38,156 bases of DNA from Candidatus Nanohalarchaeota archaeon (lineage in GTDB: Archaea > EX4484-52 > B79-G9). The notes beneath the pieces are model-generated. The model had not been told where the DNA came from and did no database searches. It saw nothing but the letters and a program-made list of their open reading frames with translations. The stretch covers positions 1-38,156 of the forward strand of contig QMVA01000002.1 in NCBI GenBank assembly GCA_003660865.1, read 5' to 3'. The translations under genes were made by a program, and so were the position numbers. The first letter of the stretch is position 1. Every line of letters starts with the position of its first letter. Shown piece after piece: positions 25,024 through 34,888 of the stretch.

Positions 25024-25096
25024 AGCCCGGGGCGAGATTTGAACACGCGATCTCTGCCTTACCAAGGCAACGCTCTACCAGCTGAGCCACCCGGGC
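25024..25096 (-). tRNA. tRNA-Thr(GGU), intronless, no encoded CCA
   Basis: GCCCGGG/CCCGGGC acceptor, TTGCC-TTGGTAA-GGCAG anticodon arm, TTCAAAT loop; one U-U mismatch in the T-stem. Confidence 0.93.
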
Positions 25097-25282
25097 TTTT
25101 TAATATTGATGATGTTTGTAATGTTTAGATAATGTTTATAATTGTTTGTGATGTGGTTGTAATTTGTTGTTTGTAATGTTTGAGGTGTTATTTTTTTAAG
25201 TTTAATGAGGGGTTTGAGTTGTGTGCTTGTGTTTGTATCTTTAGTTATCTTTGGTTTTTAGATATCGTTGTCTTTTTTTCTT

Positions 25283-26113
25283 TTAGAGCAGGGCTGTAAC
25301 AATGAATGAGAACATGATTATTATCATGCTGATTTTTATGAATCGTTGGGATTCCATTGCGTGTTTTGTGTTTATGAGGATTCTTAGGCCTGCGTATGCG
25401 AGGATTATGTCTGCTATGCTTATCATGTAGAGGTAGTTTTGGCCTAGTGTGGCTGTGGGTATTATGCTTAGGAATATTGTGATGATAATTAAGGATGCTG
25501 ATATTATTGATGCTGTCTTGTCGCCGTAGTATGTTGCCAGTGTGATTCTTTTGTATTTTATGCTGTTTTGACTGTCGATGCTGTGCATTATTTTTCTTGC
25601 GGCGCTTGTGAGTGCTATCAGACTTGCGAGTATTACTATTAGTTTTATTATTGCTGTGTTTTGCGGGTTTGTGGAGAATCCACCGAAGATGATTACAGAG
25701 CCGTTGAAGTATCCTTGATATATGGCGCATAGGGGTGATTTTTCTTTGTAGTAGCTGTATATTGTCATGATTATTGTGTTGATTATGAGGATGAATGTGC
25801 AGGCAGGGGTTAAGAAATAATGGGATAGTGCGAGGCTTATTGAGAACAGGAGTGTTGCAAGTGCTATTGCTGATTCTTCTGTTATCTGGTCCTGTGCCAG
25901 TGGGCGTTTTAGTTTCCTTGTTTTGTCTTCTTTTATGTCGAAGTAGTCGTTTATTATTGTGAGGGATGTGAGTGAGATTAGGGCGGTGAGGATTGTGATT
26001 GATGCGTGTGTTAGTTGCGGTAGGTCACCAGTTGCGATTATCTGGATTGCAATTATGAGTGTGAGAACTTTTGTCATCGGGTAAATTCTTGCGAAACCAG
26101 TGACTCTTTTCAT
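25283..26113 (-). CDS. UbiA-family prenyltransferase, probably DGGGP synthase-like
   Basis: INDYFDIKED...KRPL motif, multiple TMs, next to rpl40e; start set at MKRVTG. Confidence 0.88.
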   Translation of the reverse strand: MKRVTGFARIYPMTKVLTLIIAIQIIATGDLPQLTHASITILTALISLTSLTIINDYFDIKEDKTRKLKRPLAQDQITEESAIALATLLFSISLALSHYFLTPACTFILIINTIIMTIYSYYKEKSPLCAIYQGYFNGSVIIFGGFSTNPQNTAIIKLIVILASLIALTSAARKIMHSIDSQNSIKYKRITLATYYGDKTASIISASLIIITIFLSIIPTATLGQNYLYMISIADIILAYAGLRILINTKHAMESQRFIKISMIIIMFSFIVTALL

Positions 26114-26133
26114 GTGGTCGCCTGTGAGGGTGA

Positions 26134-26307
26134 TTATTTCGCGCCTGCTTTCATTTGTTTGCTTTTTAGTCTTAGACTTTTTGAGCCGCATTTTCTGCAT
26201 TTGGTTTTTCCGGGTTTGTTTGTTCTTATTTTTGCGTTGCATTTCATGCATACTCTTACGTTTGAGAACATTCTTTGCATTGCTGCTGAATCTTTTGCTT
26301 TTGCCAT
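26134..26307 (-). CDS. rpl40e: 50S ribosomal protein L40e
   Basis: VCMKCNA...KCRKCGSKSLRLK zinc ribbon; AGGTGA SD. Confidence 0.93.
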   Translation of the reverse strand: MAKAKDSAAMQRMFSNVRVCMKCNAKIRTNKPGKTKCRKCGSKSLRLKSKQMKAGAK

Positions 26308-26341
26308 TTTTTTCACCTGACTTATTCTTCTAAAGTGTTAT

Positions 26342-26908
26342 TTATCTTTGGTTAGTTTTAAATAGATTGTGTTGGTGTTTTTTTTTTGGGATTATGTATT
26401 TTTCCCAGTTGATTTCGCCTGGTGTGTGTTGTTTTTTTGATTCTTTGTTTTTTATTATGTTTATTATTGTGGCTTTCGTCTGTTGTGGTGTGCTTTTTGT
26501 TGTGTCTATCTCGAATACATTTTTGTTGTTTGCTACTGCTTCTTGTAGGATTATGTCTAATGCTTCTGATTCTATGTTTTCTTCTATCTTTTTTTTGGGC
26601 CATTGCCTTTTTTTGAGGCGGGATCTTAGGGTGTCTGGGTTGGTGCGCAGTATTATTGTCAGGTCGCTTTTGCAGTAGTGGGCCAGGTGGCCTTCTATTA
26701 TTGTGTTGTCCTGTATGTTTTTTGATTCTTTTTTTAATTTTTTTTCGTCTATTATCTGTGCTTTGCGGTATGTATCTTTTCCGATTATGAGGTTTTTGTC
26801 TTTTGCGTAGTTGTTTATGTTGATTAGCCTGTAGTTGAGTTTTTTTGCAAGTGTTTTTGAGGTTTGCGTCTTTCCGGTTCCGGGGGTTCCGCTTATGGTT
26901 ATTTTCAT
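26342..26908 (-). CDS. Adenylate kinase, AK6/Fap7-like family
   Basis: MKITISGTPGTGKT P-loop, IIEGHLAH and RL..R.W...KIEENIESE; start set at ATG 26908. Confidence 0.92.
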   Translation of the reverse strand: MKITISGTPGTGKTQTSKTLAKKLNYRLININNYAKDKNLIIGKDTYRKAQIIDEKKLKKESKNIQDNTIIEGHLAHYCKSDLTIILRTNPDTLRSRLKKRQWPKKKIEENIESEALDIILQEAVANNKNVFEIDTTKSTPQQTKATIINIIKNKESKKQHTPGEINWEKYIIPKKKHQHNLFKTNQR

Positions 26909-26922
26909 GTGGGTCATCCTGG

Positions 26923-28611
26923 TTATATTTTTTTGAATCTTATTATTGAAATGATAAGTCCAAGTCCAAGTACTGCGCTTATTATAAATCCCAATATTCC
27001 AATAATCGGGAATCCGAATAGTAAGTGTCCTTTGTCTGTTTGCATGATTAGTGATGAGCCAATGATTAGTGAGGATATTATCATTGCGAATGATAGTCTG
27101 TTTCCTATCCATTTAAGGTTGTTTGAGAATGTGTCGAGGTTTTTGTGTTCGAATTCTATGTTGATTTTACCTATTGCCAGTCTGTTTATGATTTCTTTCA
27201 GGCTTTTCGGAAGCGTTTTTGCAAGGTGTTCATATTCAAAGGCGTTGTCTTTGATGGATTTTGCTAAGTTTAGCGGACTTATTTTTCTTCTGATTACCTG
27301 CTTTGTATATGGTTTGTATTCTTCAGCGATGTTGAAGTCAGGATCGAGTGTTGTTCCTATACTTTCGATCATGATAATTGCCCGGCTTAGGAGGACAATC
27401 TCGCGAGGTAAAGTTACTTTGTGTTTGACTAGTAGTTTCATTAGTTTGTTTAGTATTTCTCCGAGTTGTATGTTTTTTAGGTCGTTGTCGTAATACATGT
27501 CCATTATGTCTATGGTGTCATATTTGAATGTTCTGATGTCAATTGTTTCGTTTATCAGGCCCATGTTTGTCAGTTGGTTTATTAGTCCGTTTATGTTGTA
27601 GTTTGTGATGTGGATAAATAGTTGTGCGAGGTCGTTCATGGTGTCTTTGTCTATGTGTCCCATCATTCCGAAGTCAATGAAACAGATGACGTTGTCTTTT
27701 AGGATGAAGATGTTTCCCGGGTGTGGGTCTGCGTGAAAGAAGCCGTGTATTAGTACCTGTTTGAAGATGGATTCAGCTCCACGTTTGGCTATCAGTTTTT
27801 TGTCGAAGCGTTTTCGGGATTTTTTTAAGTCTTTGATTTTGGTGCCGTTTATGTATTCCATTGTTAGAATGCGTTTTGTTGAGTATTTGTCATATACTTT
27901 TGGGGCGGTAATGGTTTCGTCGTCTTTGAACATTTTTCTGAATTTTTTTATGTTGGTTTTTTCCTGCTGGTAGTCTATTTCTTTTCTGATTGAGCGTTCA
28001 AATTCGTCAATGATTTGTGGAATGTTGTAATATTTCCAGTGGGGCATGTGTTTTTCGATTAAGTTTGCGAGGTAGCGCATGATTCTTATGTCTTCTTCTG
28101 TTTGTTTCAGAATGTCTGGTTTTTGTATCTTTATTGCTACTTTGCTGCCGTCTTTTAGGGTTGCTTTGTGGACCTGGCCGATTGATGCTGATGCTAATGA
28201 CTGTTTGTCGAATTCAGAGAAGTAGTAGTTTATGCGATGGCCTAGTTCGTGTTCTATTGTTGACTTTATGATGTCATAGGATACTGTGGGGGTTATGTCC
28301 TGTAGTTTTGAAAATTCTTTTGCATATTCTTCGCCGATTAAGTCTTCTCTTGTGCTTAGTATCTGGCCGAACTTGATGAATGTGGGTCCCAGTTCTTCCA
28401 GGACTAATCTTGCTCTTTCGGGAGTTGTTGCGTCTGGCTCTTCACTGGGTTTGTAGTGGAGGTATCTTTTTGTGAATGGGAGTTTGTCTTTTAGCTTTAT
28501 GTGCTCGATTATGTGGTTGAAGCCATGTTTTGTCGAGATTTTTACGATTTCCCTGATTCTTTGGAGATATTGTTTGTTCTGATATATTGCGGCAGGATTC
28601 ATATTTTTCAC
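26923..28611 (-). CDS. ABC1/AarF/UbiB-family atypical kinase
   Basis: LGPTFIKFGQILSTR, ASASIGQVH, VAIKIQ, FFHADPHPGN and DFGMMG motifs; two C-terminal TMs. Confidence 0.95.
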   Translation of the reverse strand: MKNMNPAAIYQNKQYLQRIREIVKISTKHGFNHIIEHIKLKDKLPFTKRYLHYKPSEEPDATTPERARLVLEELGPTFIKFGQILSTREDLIGEEYAKEFSKLQDITPTVSYDIIKSTIEHELGHRINYYFSEFDKQSLASASIGQVHKATLKDGSKVAIKIQKPDILKQTEEDIRIMRYLANLIEKHMPHWKYYNIPQIIDEFERSIRKEIDYQQEKTNIKKFRKMFKDDETITAPKVYDKYSTKRILTMEYINGTKIKDLKKSRKRFDKKLIAKRGAESIFKQVLIHGFFHADPHPGNIFILKDNVICFIDFGMMGHIDKDTMNDLAQLFIHITNYNINGLINQLTNMGLINETIDIRTFKYDTIDIMDMYYDNDLKNIQLGEILNKLMKLLVKHKVTLPREIVLLSRAIIMIESIGTTLDPDFNIAEEYKPYTKQVIRRKISPLNLAKSIKDNAFEYEHLAKTLPKSLKEIINRLAIGKINIEFEHKNLDTFSNNLKWIGNRLSFAMIISSLIIGSSLIMQTDKGHLLFGFPIIGILGFIISAVLGLGLIISIIRFKKI

Positions 28612-28694
28612 TGATGGTTGTTTTTATTGCGTTGATGTTTATGATGGTTTTCTATTTATAATGTCTTTGTTTTGTTATTTTATGTTGTTTTGTG

Positions 28695-28886
28695 CTAATT
28701 TGTGAATCCTGATAGCAGGTTTTTTATGTTTTCGCCTATTTGTCCTATGATTGTCAAGATGTTGTTTTCGGTGTCTGTGGTTGTTGTGTACATGAGGGTT
28801 ATGACTGCGAGGGCTGTTGCTAATGCTACTACGATTGTGATTATTATCCATATTGATTGTTCCATTCCTTTTTTTATCTGCTTCAC
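28695..28886 (-). CDS. Small class III signal peptide protein (type IV pilin-like)
   Basis: MKQIKKG followed by MEQSIWIIITIVVALATALAVITL: basic leader, Gly at -1, hydrophobic helix. Confidence 0.7.
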   Translation of the reverse strand: MKQIKKGMEQSIWIIITIVVALATALAVITLMYTTTTDTENNILTIIGQIGENIKNLLSGFTN

Positions 28887-31039
28887 CCTGTGATTTTCTG
28901 GATGAGTTGTTTTATGAATGATATAATCTTTTCTATTATGGTTTGTTCTTTTATTGTGATTGTTTCTGTTTTTGTGTATTTGTTGCCTGCGAGGTCTGTG
29001 TAGTTGATTGTTGCTGTGTGGGTTCCTATTGGCAGTTCGAAGTCAAGGGTTGATTTTTTTTTTGGTTCTGTTATTTTTTTTGTGATTTTGTTGAGGGTGA
29101 TTGTTATTTCTTTTGCTGTGTCTTTTTTTGTCTCGATTGCCACGGTTGCTGTGGTTGTGTCATAGTGGTATTTGTGTGTTATTTCTATTTGTGGTTTCTC
29201 GTAGATGCGGATGTTTCTTGTTGTTTTTGAGTCTATGTTTTGGCCTGTGAGGTGGAATGATATTTTTTTGTCGCCGATTGTGGAGGATGATATTGTTGTT
29301 TTTATTGTCTTTTCTTTTTCTATTTTTGTTGAGATGATGTCTTCTTTGTCTTCGAAGGTTTGTGTGAATTTGATTGTCTGTGATGTTGTGCGGTTGTTTT
29401 TGATGTGGGTTGTTACTGGTATTTCCTCGTTTGTTTTTGCGTATCGGGGTGTTTCTATTTTGTTGATGTAGATGTCTTTTGTTTCGCCTACGTTGTATTT
29501 TAGTGTTTTTACCTGGCCGGTTGATGAGTATATTATTATTTCGTGTTTGCCGGGCTGGTCTGGTGTGAATGTGTGTGTGAGTTTATCGGTTTCGCCTGGT
29601 TTTAGTGTGAATGTTTTTTCTATATGTTCGTTTTCATGTATTATGCCGATTGTTATGGGGTTTGTCCCTTGTGTTTTTTCTATGTTTATTTTTATTGTTT
29701 GGGTTTCTGCGAGGGTGAGGTCTTTTTTGTCTATCTTTGCGTCAATTGTGATTTGGTCGGTTTTTCGGGTTGTTAGTGTGTTTATGGTGAGGTTGATTGA
29801 TCTTGTTGTGAGGAGGCGGGAGTTGAGTGTGAGGGGGCATGTGTATTGTGTATTTTTTTTGAGGTTTTCGCTTATTTTTATTTTCCAGTATGCTGTTTTT
29901 TGTTTGTCTGGTTCAAGCATGATGCTTTTTTCTTTTTCGTCTATTTCTACTATTGGTGTGGGGCTGATGCAGGGTTCAAGGTCGAGTTTGATTACTTTGT
30001 ATTCTTTGGGTGTGAATTTCAGGAGTATTATTGCTTCTTCGCCCATTTCGAGTTTGTCTGAGCTTTTTAGTAGTTGGTAGTCTTTTTGTTTTTGTTTTTC
30101 GCTGATGGCGAGTATCTCGATTTCTGTTTCGTCTTCTGCCCAGGTCATTTCGCCGATTTTTGTGCCGTAGGCCTGTATTTCGTTTTTTACGATGTTGTCT
30201 TCTTTGGTGGCGAGCTGGATGTGGGTTGCGTCGAGGTTGCCGACTTCATTCCAGGTGGGGTCGACGGGAATCCATCTGCCGATGTAGACGTCTGCGAAGG
30301 CGTGTTTTTCCCAGCCGTCTTTGCCGTAGGCGTGGCCGGAGATGTAGCGGGTGGGGTAGCCGGATGCGCGCGCGAGGGCTATGAAGAGGCTTGAGAATTC
30401 GTCGCATGTTCCGACTTTGTTTTTTAGTGTCCATAGGGCGTCTTTTGATTCGGTGCCGAGGCTGAGTTTGTATTCGATGTTTTCGTGGACCCATGTGGCT
30501 AGTTTTGCGATGCGTTCGAAGTCGGTTTTGGAGTCTTTTGTGAGTTCTTTTGCGAGTGCTTTTATTTCAGGGGCGGTGCTTTGGATGTTTTTTGCAGGTT
30601 TGAGGTATATTTTGATGTTGTCGGGTATTGTGTAGGTTTCGGGGATGTGGAGGGTGCGGCGCTCTTTGATTGTGACTATGCTTTCTGCACTGTAGGTTAT
30701 TATGTTTCTGGGGTTGTCTTTTTTTATTGTGAGGATGTTGTTTCCGAGTTTGTCTTGCGTGTATTTTTCGGTTGTTGTGAGTTCTTGGTTTGTGTTGTCT
30801 TTTGGGAATGTGAGGTTGATTTTTACCCATTCGAGTTTGCCTTCAGGGATGAGGATTTTGCCGTGCTGGGTTATTTTTACTGTCAGTTCTTCGATGTTTG
30901 CAGGGTCTTTTATTTCCTGGGTGATTGAGAGTGCGGGGTGGCTCAGAAGGAGGAGTGTTATTAGTATTGTTGTTAGTATGGATATGGCTGGTTTTGTTGG
31001 TTTTTTGAGGAAGGGGGGCATAGAATTTATTGGGCGCAC
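28883..31039 (-). CDS. Secreted transglutaminase-like protein with C-terminal beta-rich domains
   Basis: Signal peptide; triad motifs GTCDEFSSLF, HAF and WIPVDPTW; start may be ATG 31021. Confidence 0.9.
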   Translation of the reverse strand: MRPINSMPPFLKKPTKPAISILTTILITLLLLSHPALSITQEIKDPANIEELTVKITQHGKILIPEGKLEWVKINLTFPKDNTNQELTTTEKYTQDKLGNNILTIKKDNPRNIITYSAESIVTIKERRTLHIPETYTIPDNIKIYLKPAKNIQSTAPEIKALAKELTKDSKTDFERIAKLATWVHENIEYKLSLGTESKDALWTLKNKVGTCDEFSSLFIALARASGYPTRYISGHAYGKDGWEKHAFADVYIGRWIPVDPTWNEVGNLDATHIQLATKEDNIVKNEIQAYGTKIGEMTWAEDETEIEILAISEKQKQKDYQLLKSSDKLEMGEEAIILLKFTPKEYKVIKLDLEPCISPTPIVEIDEKEKSIMLEPDKQKTAYWKIKISENLKKNTQYTCPLTLNSRLLTTRSINLTINTLTTRKTDQITIDAKIDKKDLTLAETQTIKINIEKTQGTNPITIGIIHENEHIEKTFTLKPGETDKLTHTFTPDQPGKHEIIIYSSTGQVKTLKYNVGETKDIYINKIETPRYAKTNEEIPVTTHIKNNRTTSQTIKFTQTFEDKEDIISTKIEKEKTIKTTISSSTIGDKKISFHLTGQNIDSKTTRNIRIYEKPQIEITHKYHYDTTTATVAIETKKDTAKEITITLNKITKKITEPKKKSTLDFELPIGTHTATINYTDLAGNKYTKTETITIKEQTIIEKIISFIKQLIQKITG

Positions 31040-31143
31040 GGGGTTAATATAGTTTTTATAGTTTTTGTGGTGTTTTATGTTTTGGTTTTTGTGTCAAGTA
31101 TTTGCGGTTAGTTTTATATTATTTGGAGGGTATAGTGTTGGTT

Positions 31144-32091
31144 ATGATTGAGATTTGGACTGAGAAGTATCGGCCGAAGACGCTTTCTGAGGTTGTGGGG
31201 CATGAGGCGATTGTTGAGCGCCTGAAGGCTTTTATCAAGGCGAAGTCGGTTCCTAATATGCTTTTTGCAGGTACTGCGGGGGTGGGGAAGACTACTTGCG
31301 CTATTGCGCTTGCGAAGGAGTTGTATGGGGATTCATGGTCGAGGAATTTTATGGAGACTAATGCGTCTGATGAGCGTGGCATCCTGGTGGTTAGGTCGAA
31401 GATTAAGGATTTTGCGCGTATCAAACCGCTTGGGGCGGAGTTTAAGATTATTTTTCTTGATGAGAGTGATGCTTTGACTACTGAGGCGCAGCAGGCGCTT
31501 CGCAGGACTATGGAAAAGTATACGCATTCGACGCGCTTTATTTTGTCGTGCAATTATTCTTCGAAACTTATTGCGCCGATCCAGAGCCGGTGTGCTGTTT
31601 TCAGGTTCGGGCCGGGGAGTGATGAGGCGATTTCGAGATATGTTCGGAGGGTTGCCAAGGCTGAGGGGCTTGATGTTACTAAGGATGGGATGGCTGCGGT
31701 TGTTGCTGTGTCTCTCGGTGATTTCAGGAAGGCTACTAATGTGCTTCAGTCGGTTTCTATTCTTTCGAAGAAGGTTGATGAGAAGTCTGTGTATGAGGTT
31801 GCGGCTACTTTGCATCCAAAGGAGGTCAAGGAGGTGCTTAATCTTGCGCTTAGCGGTAAGTTTCTGGATTCCAGAAAGAGGCTGTATGATTTGATGATCA
31901 ATCGCGGGCTTTCGGGGCTTGATGTGATTCGCGCGATTCATCGTGAGATTCTTTCTGTTGATGTGGATGACAGGTGTAAGGCGCGCCTGATTGATAAGCT
32001 TGGGGAGTATGAGTTTCGGATTGTCGAGGGCGGGCAGGAGGATTTGCAGATTGAGGCTTTTTTGGCGCAGTTGGTTGCGTTGAAGGGTTGA
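31144..32091 (+). CDS. rfcS: Replication factor C small subunit, intein-free
   Basis: WTEKYRP, GTAGVGKT, NASDERG, LDESD and IQSRC motifs. Confidence 0.97.
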   Translation: MIEIWTEKYRPKTLSEVVGHEAIVERLKAFIKAKSVPNMLFAGTAGVGKTTCAIALAKELYGDSWSRNFMETNASDERGILVVRSKIKDFARIKPLGAEFKIIFLDESDALTTEAQQALRRTMEKYTHSTRFILSCNYSSKLIAPIQSRCAVFRFGPGSDEAISRYVRRVAKAEGLDVTKDGMAAVVAVSLGDFRKATNVLQSVSILSKKVDEKSVYEVAATLHPKEVKEVLNLALSGKFLDSRKRLYDLMINRGLSGLDVIRAIHREILSVDVDDRCKARLIDKLGEYEFRIVEGGQEDLQIEAFLAQLVALKG

Positions 32092-32098
32092 TTTTTTC

Positions 32099-34834
32099 TT
32101 ATTGTGGCGGGGTGATTGATAGTCCGCTTTGTTCTATGAAGGCAAGGATTATGCCCATAAATGCCATGCCTATGAGCGTGATTATTATTGCGAGGATGAC
32201 TATAATTAGGAGTATTATTAGAATGAAGCCTATTATTATTTTCAGGGCGCTTATGTTGTGGACGGCTTTGTAGCCGATGACTGATATGTATATCTGGTAG
32301 AGGATTGCAAGTATTCCTGCATAGGGAATCCATGCGAAGATACTTGCTGCTGATGAGTATGCCATGACTCTTACTGTGGATTCGTATTTGCCTTGTGCGC
32401 CTAGTATTTTCAGGAATATGTGGAGGATAAGTGCTGAGACGAAAAGAATAGGTGTGCAAATTATTAGTGTGCTTAGTATTGCTATTAGTGAGATTAACAA
32501 GTTGATTGAGGAGAGGTCGGTTGGTGTGAAGACGAGGACCATGATTGCTGTCATGATCATGTAAAAGATTAATGGTTCTTTGTATCCGCCGGTTTTTGGC
32601 ATTATTGAGAAGAATTTTTTTGGGTTCAGGATGATTAGTTTTATTTTGTTTAGGAATTTCATATCTTGGAATTCGAAGGCGTCGATGGGTTCTTCTGTTT
32701 CAGTGTCTGCGGCGGGTTTTGTTTCTGCCTCAACGCTGCGTTTTATGTCTTCCAGGCTTTCTTCTTTCTTTTTGCGGCGGGCTTTGTATGCTATTAGTGC
32801 TACTGGGGTCAGTCCTATCAGTAATAGGATTATTAGTGGGCTGGATATTATGGATTTAAGTTTTTCGATGGTCTCGTTTTTTTCTTTTTCTTTGGGTTCT
32901 TCTTCTTTGGGTTCATTTTCTGTTTGTAATTCTGAGATTAGTTGTGTATCGTCGTAGGTGGCTAGTTCGTTTGTTCTTGTGTCGTATTTTTCTTGTGTTA
33001 TCAGGTTGTCTTCAAGATCGTCTTTTAGCCATGCTCTTTTTTCACCTACTGTTTTTGCGGGGTCCATGCATGCGTTCCTGTGGCATATTGAGTGGTTGCA
33101 GTGGCAGTCTTCTTTGCATGTGCCGCAGTTTTCGTCAGGGTCGCATGCGCCGTTTCCACAGCTTGTGATTTCGAAGGTGCTTGCAAGGTTGAACGGGCCT
33201 TCACCGACTATGTTTTGTCCTGTTACTTCTATTGTCCAGATGCCGGGTTCAGGGTCTTTTACTGCGCATGTGTATGATTCTTTTCCTGACGGGATTTTCT
33301 GGCATGTGCCTGTTTTTCCGTCAGGCTTGATGACTTTTGTTATCCTGAATTCGTCGCCGGACTGGAAGGCGGTCATTGTGAGGACTAATGGTGTTTTTGA
33401 TTCAGTTACTTTTATGTAGTATGTCTTTTTTTCGCCCATTAACAGGTCAGCGTTTAGTTGTGCCTGCGTCGGGACGGGTGTGATATTATAGTTTGATTTT
33501 GTGGTTACTTCTGATTCTTTCCATATTGATTTTACCTGTACTATCCAGCGCCCTTCAGCTGTTTCGCCGGGTGTTAGGAATGCTTTCTGCGTTACTTTTT
33601 CGTCTGCTTCTGACTGGTCGAATACGGATTTGAGGTTTGTTGAGATGATTGTTATTTCCATGTTTGGTTCAAAGTCGGACCATTTTGAGACTGCTACGAG
33701 GTGGGTTTTGTTTTCTGTGAGGATGTCTGTGTAGTAGAATACTGAGCCTCTGTTTGTTATGTTGCTTTCTTCTTTGAAGTCTTCGGGGATGTATGTTGAG
33801 TGTGTGTTTGCGAGGCGGAATGGTGCGTGGCCTGTTATTGTCTGGCCTTCCACATTTACGAGCCAGATGCCGGGTTCTGGGTCTTTTATTGCGCATCCGT
33901 CGGTGTATGGTGCACATGTTCTTTTTGTGCCGCGTGGGTCGTAGACGCTAAATATTTTTACACTGTCTCCTGCTTCCAGTCTAACTGCTGTCAATGCCAG
34001 GGGTATGGTTGAGTCTTTGATGATTATCGGGTATTCTTTTTTTTCTTTTTCACGGATTATGCCATTGATTATTTCCTGGTCTTCTATGTATTCAAATTTG
34101 TAGTTTGATTGGAAGTTTATGTCTGCGCGGGTGTCGAATGCTCTTAGTTGTGTTATCCATGTGCCTTCTGCGATCATGCCGGGGTTTAGGTAGTATGCCT
34201 GGACGATTTTGTCATCTCCTTTGGATATGTCGCTTTTTGTCTTTACGTTTGGGCTGATGATTGTTATTTCCATGTTTGAGTATCTATCTGTCCAGTTTGA
34301 TGAGACTGCAAGGTGTTCTTCGCGTGAGCCGGTTTTGATGTATGTCTTGTAGAATTTTATGTGGTCCTGTAGTATTACTGTTTTTATGAGGTGTTTGCGG
34401 GGCTTGTATATGTCGAAGTTCGCGTTTACGAAGAATTCGCCGGTTTTTGTTATTTGTTCGCCTTTGATGTCGAGCAGCCAGATGCCGAGTGTGGGGTTGT
34501 TTACGTAGCATTTGCTGCTGATGGGGCCTGAGCAACCGTTGGCTGTGTGTTTTTGCCCGATGGGGTCGTAGAGGCCGTTTATGTTGATTTTGTCACTGAG
34601 TGTGTTGGTGATGGCTCCTGATACATTGAGCTTTTTGTCGTGGTCTACGTTTATGAGGAAGTATGTGGTGTCTGTGTCTAATACGCTGTCATGGCTCTGG
34701 CAGAAGACGTCGCTGTCCGGGTCGTTTTCGTTGATAAATTCACATGGGTGGTCGGTTCCTATTTGAGCGTTTGCGTTTGAGAGTAATATTAAGTATGTCA
34801 GTAGTAGTGTTAGTGTGATTAGCTTTTTTTTCAT
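32099..34834 (-). CDS. Large surface protein: signal peptide, five alternating beta repeats, Cys-rich motif, TM, C-terminal Yip1-like domain
   Basis: Three P.PGIW-type repeats, two NMEITIIS..AEG.W repeats, CGNGACDPDENCGTCKEDC, then ILNPKKFF and multi-TM LHIFLKILGAQGKYESTVRVMAYS. Confidence 0.85.
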   Translation of the reverse strand: MKKKLITLTLLLTYLILLSNANAQIGTDHPCEFINENDPDSDVFCQSHDSVLDTDTTYFLINVDHDKKLNVSGAITNTLSDKININGLYDPIGQKHTANGCSGPISSKCYVNNPTLGIWLLDIKGEQITKTGEFFVNANFDIYKPRKHLIKTVILQDHIKFYKTYIKTGSREEHLAVSSNWTDRYSNMEITIISPNVKTKSDISKGDDKIVQAYYLNPGMIAEGTWITQLRAFDTRADINFQSNYKFEYIEDQEIINGIIREKEKKEYPIIIKDSTIPLALTAVRLEAGDSVKIFSVYDPRGTKRTCAPYTDGCAIKDPEPGIWLVNVEGQTITGHAPFRLANTHSTYIPEDFKEESNITNRGSVFYYTDILTENKTHLVAVSKWSDFEPNMEITIISTNLKSVFDQSEADEKVTQKAFLTPGETAEGRWIVQVKSIWKESEVTTKSNYNITPVPTQAQLNADLLMGEKKTYYIKVTESKTPLVLTMTAFQSGDEFRITKVIKPDGKTGTCQKIPSGKESYTCAVKDPEPGIWTIEVTGQNIVGEGPFNLASTFEITSCGNGACDPDENCGTCKEDCHCNHSICHRNACMDPAKTVGEKRAWLKDDLEDNLITQEKYDTRTNELATYDDTQLISELQTENEPKEEEPKEKEKNETIEKLKSIISSPLIILLLIGLTPVALIAYKARRKKKEESLEDIKRSVEAETKPAADTETEEPIDAFEFQDMKFLNKIKLIILNPKKFFSIMPKTGGYKEPLIFYMIMTAIMVLVFTPTDLSSINLLISLIAILSTLIICTPILFVSALILHIFLKILGAQGKYESTVRVMAYSSAASIFAWIPYAGILAILYQIYISVIGYKAVHNISALKIIIGFILIILLIIVILAIIITLIGMAFMGIILAFIEQSGLSITPPQ

Positions 34835-34872
34835 CTTGATTACCTTTGTTGTTTATTATTTGTTTTGAGGTG

Positions 34873-34881
34873 GTTTATATA
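34873..34881 (-). promoter_or_regulatory. Putative TATA box for the surface-protein gene
   Basis: TATATAAAC ~40 nt upstream of ATG 34834. Confidence 0.4.
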
Positions 34882-34888
34882 GTTTTTG

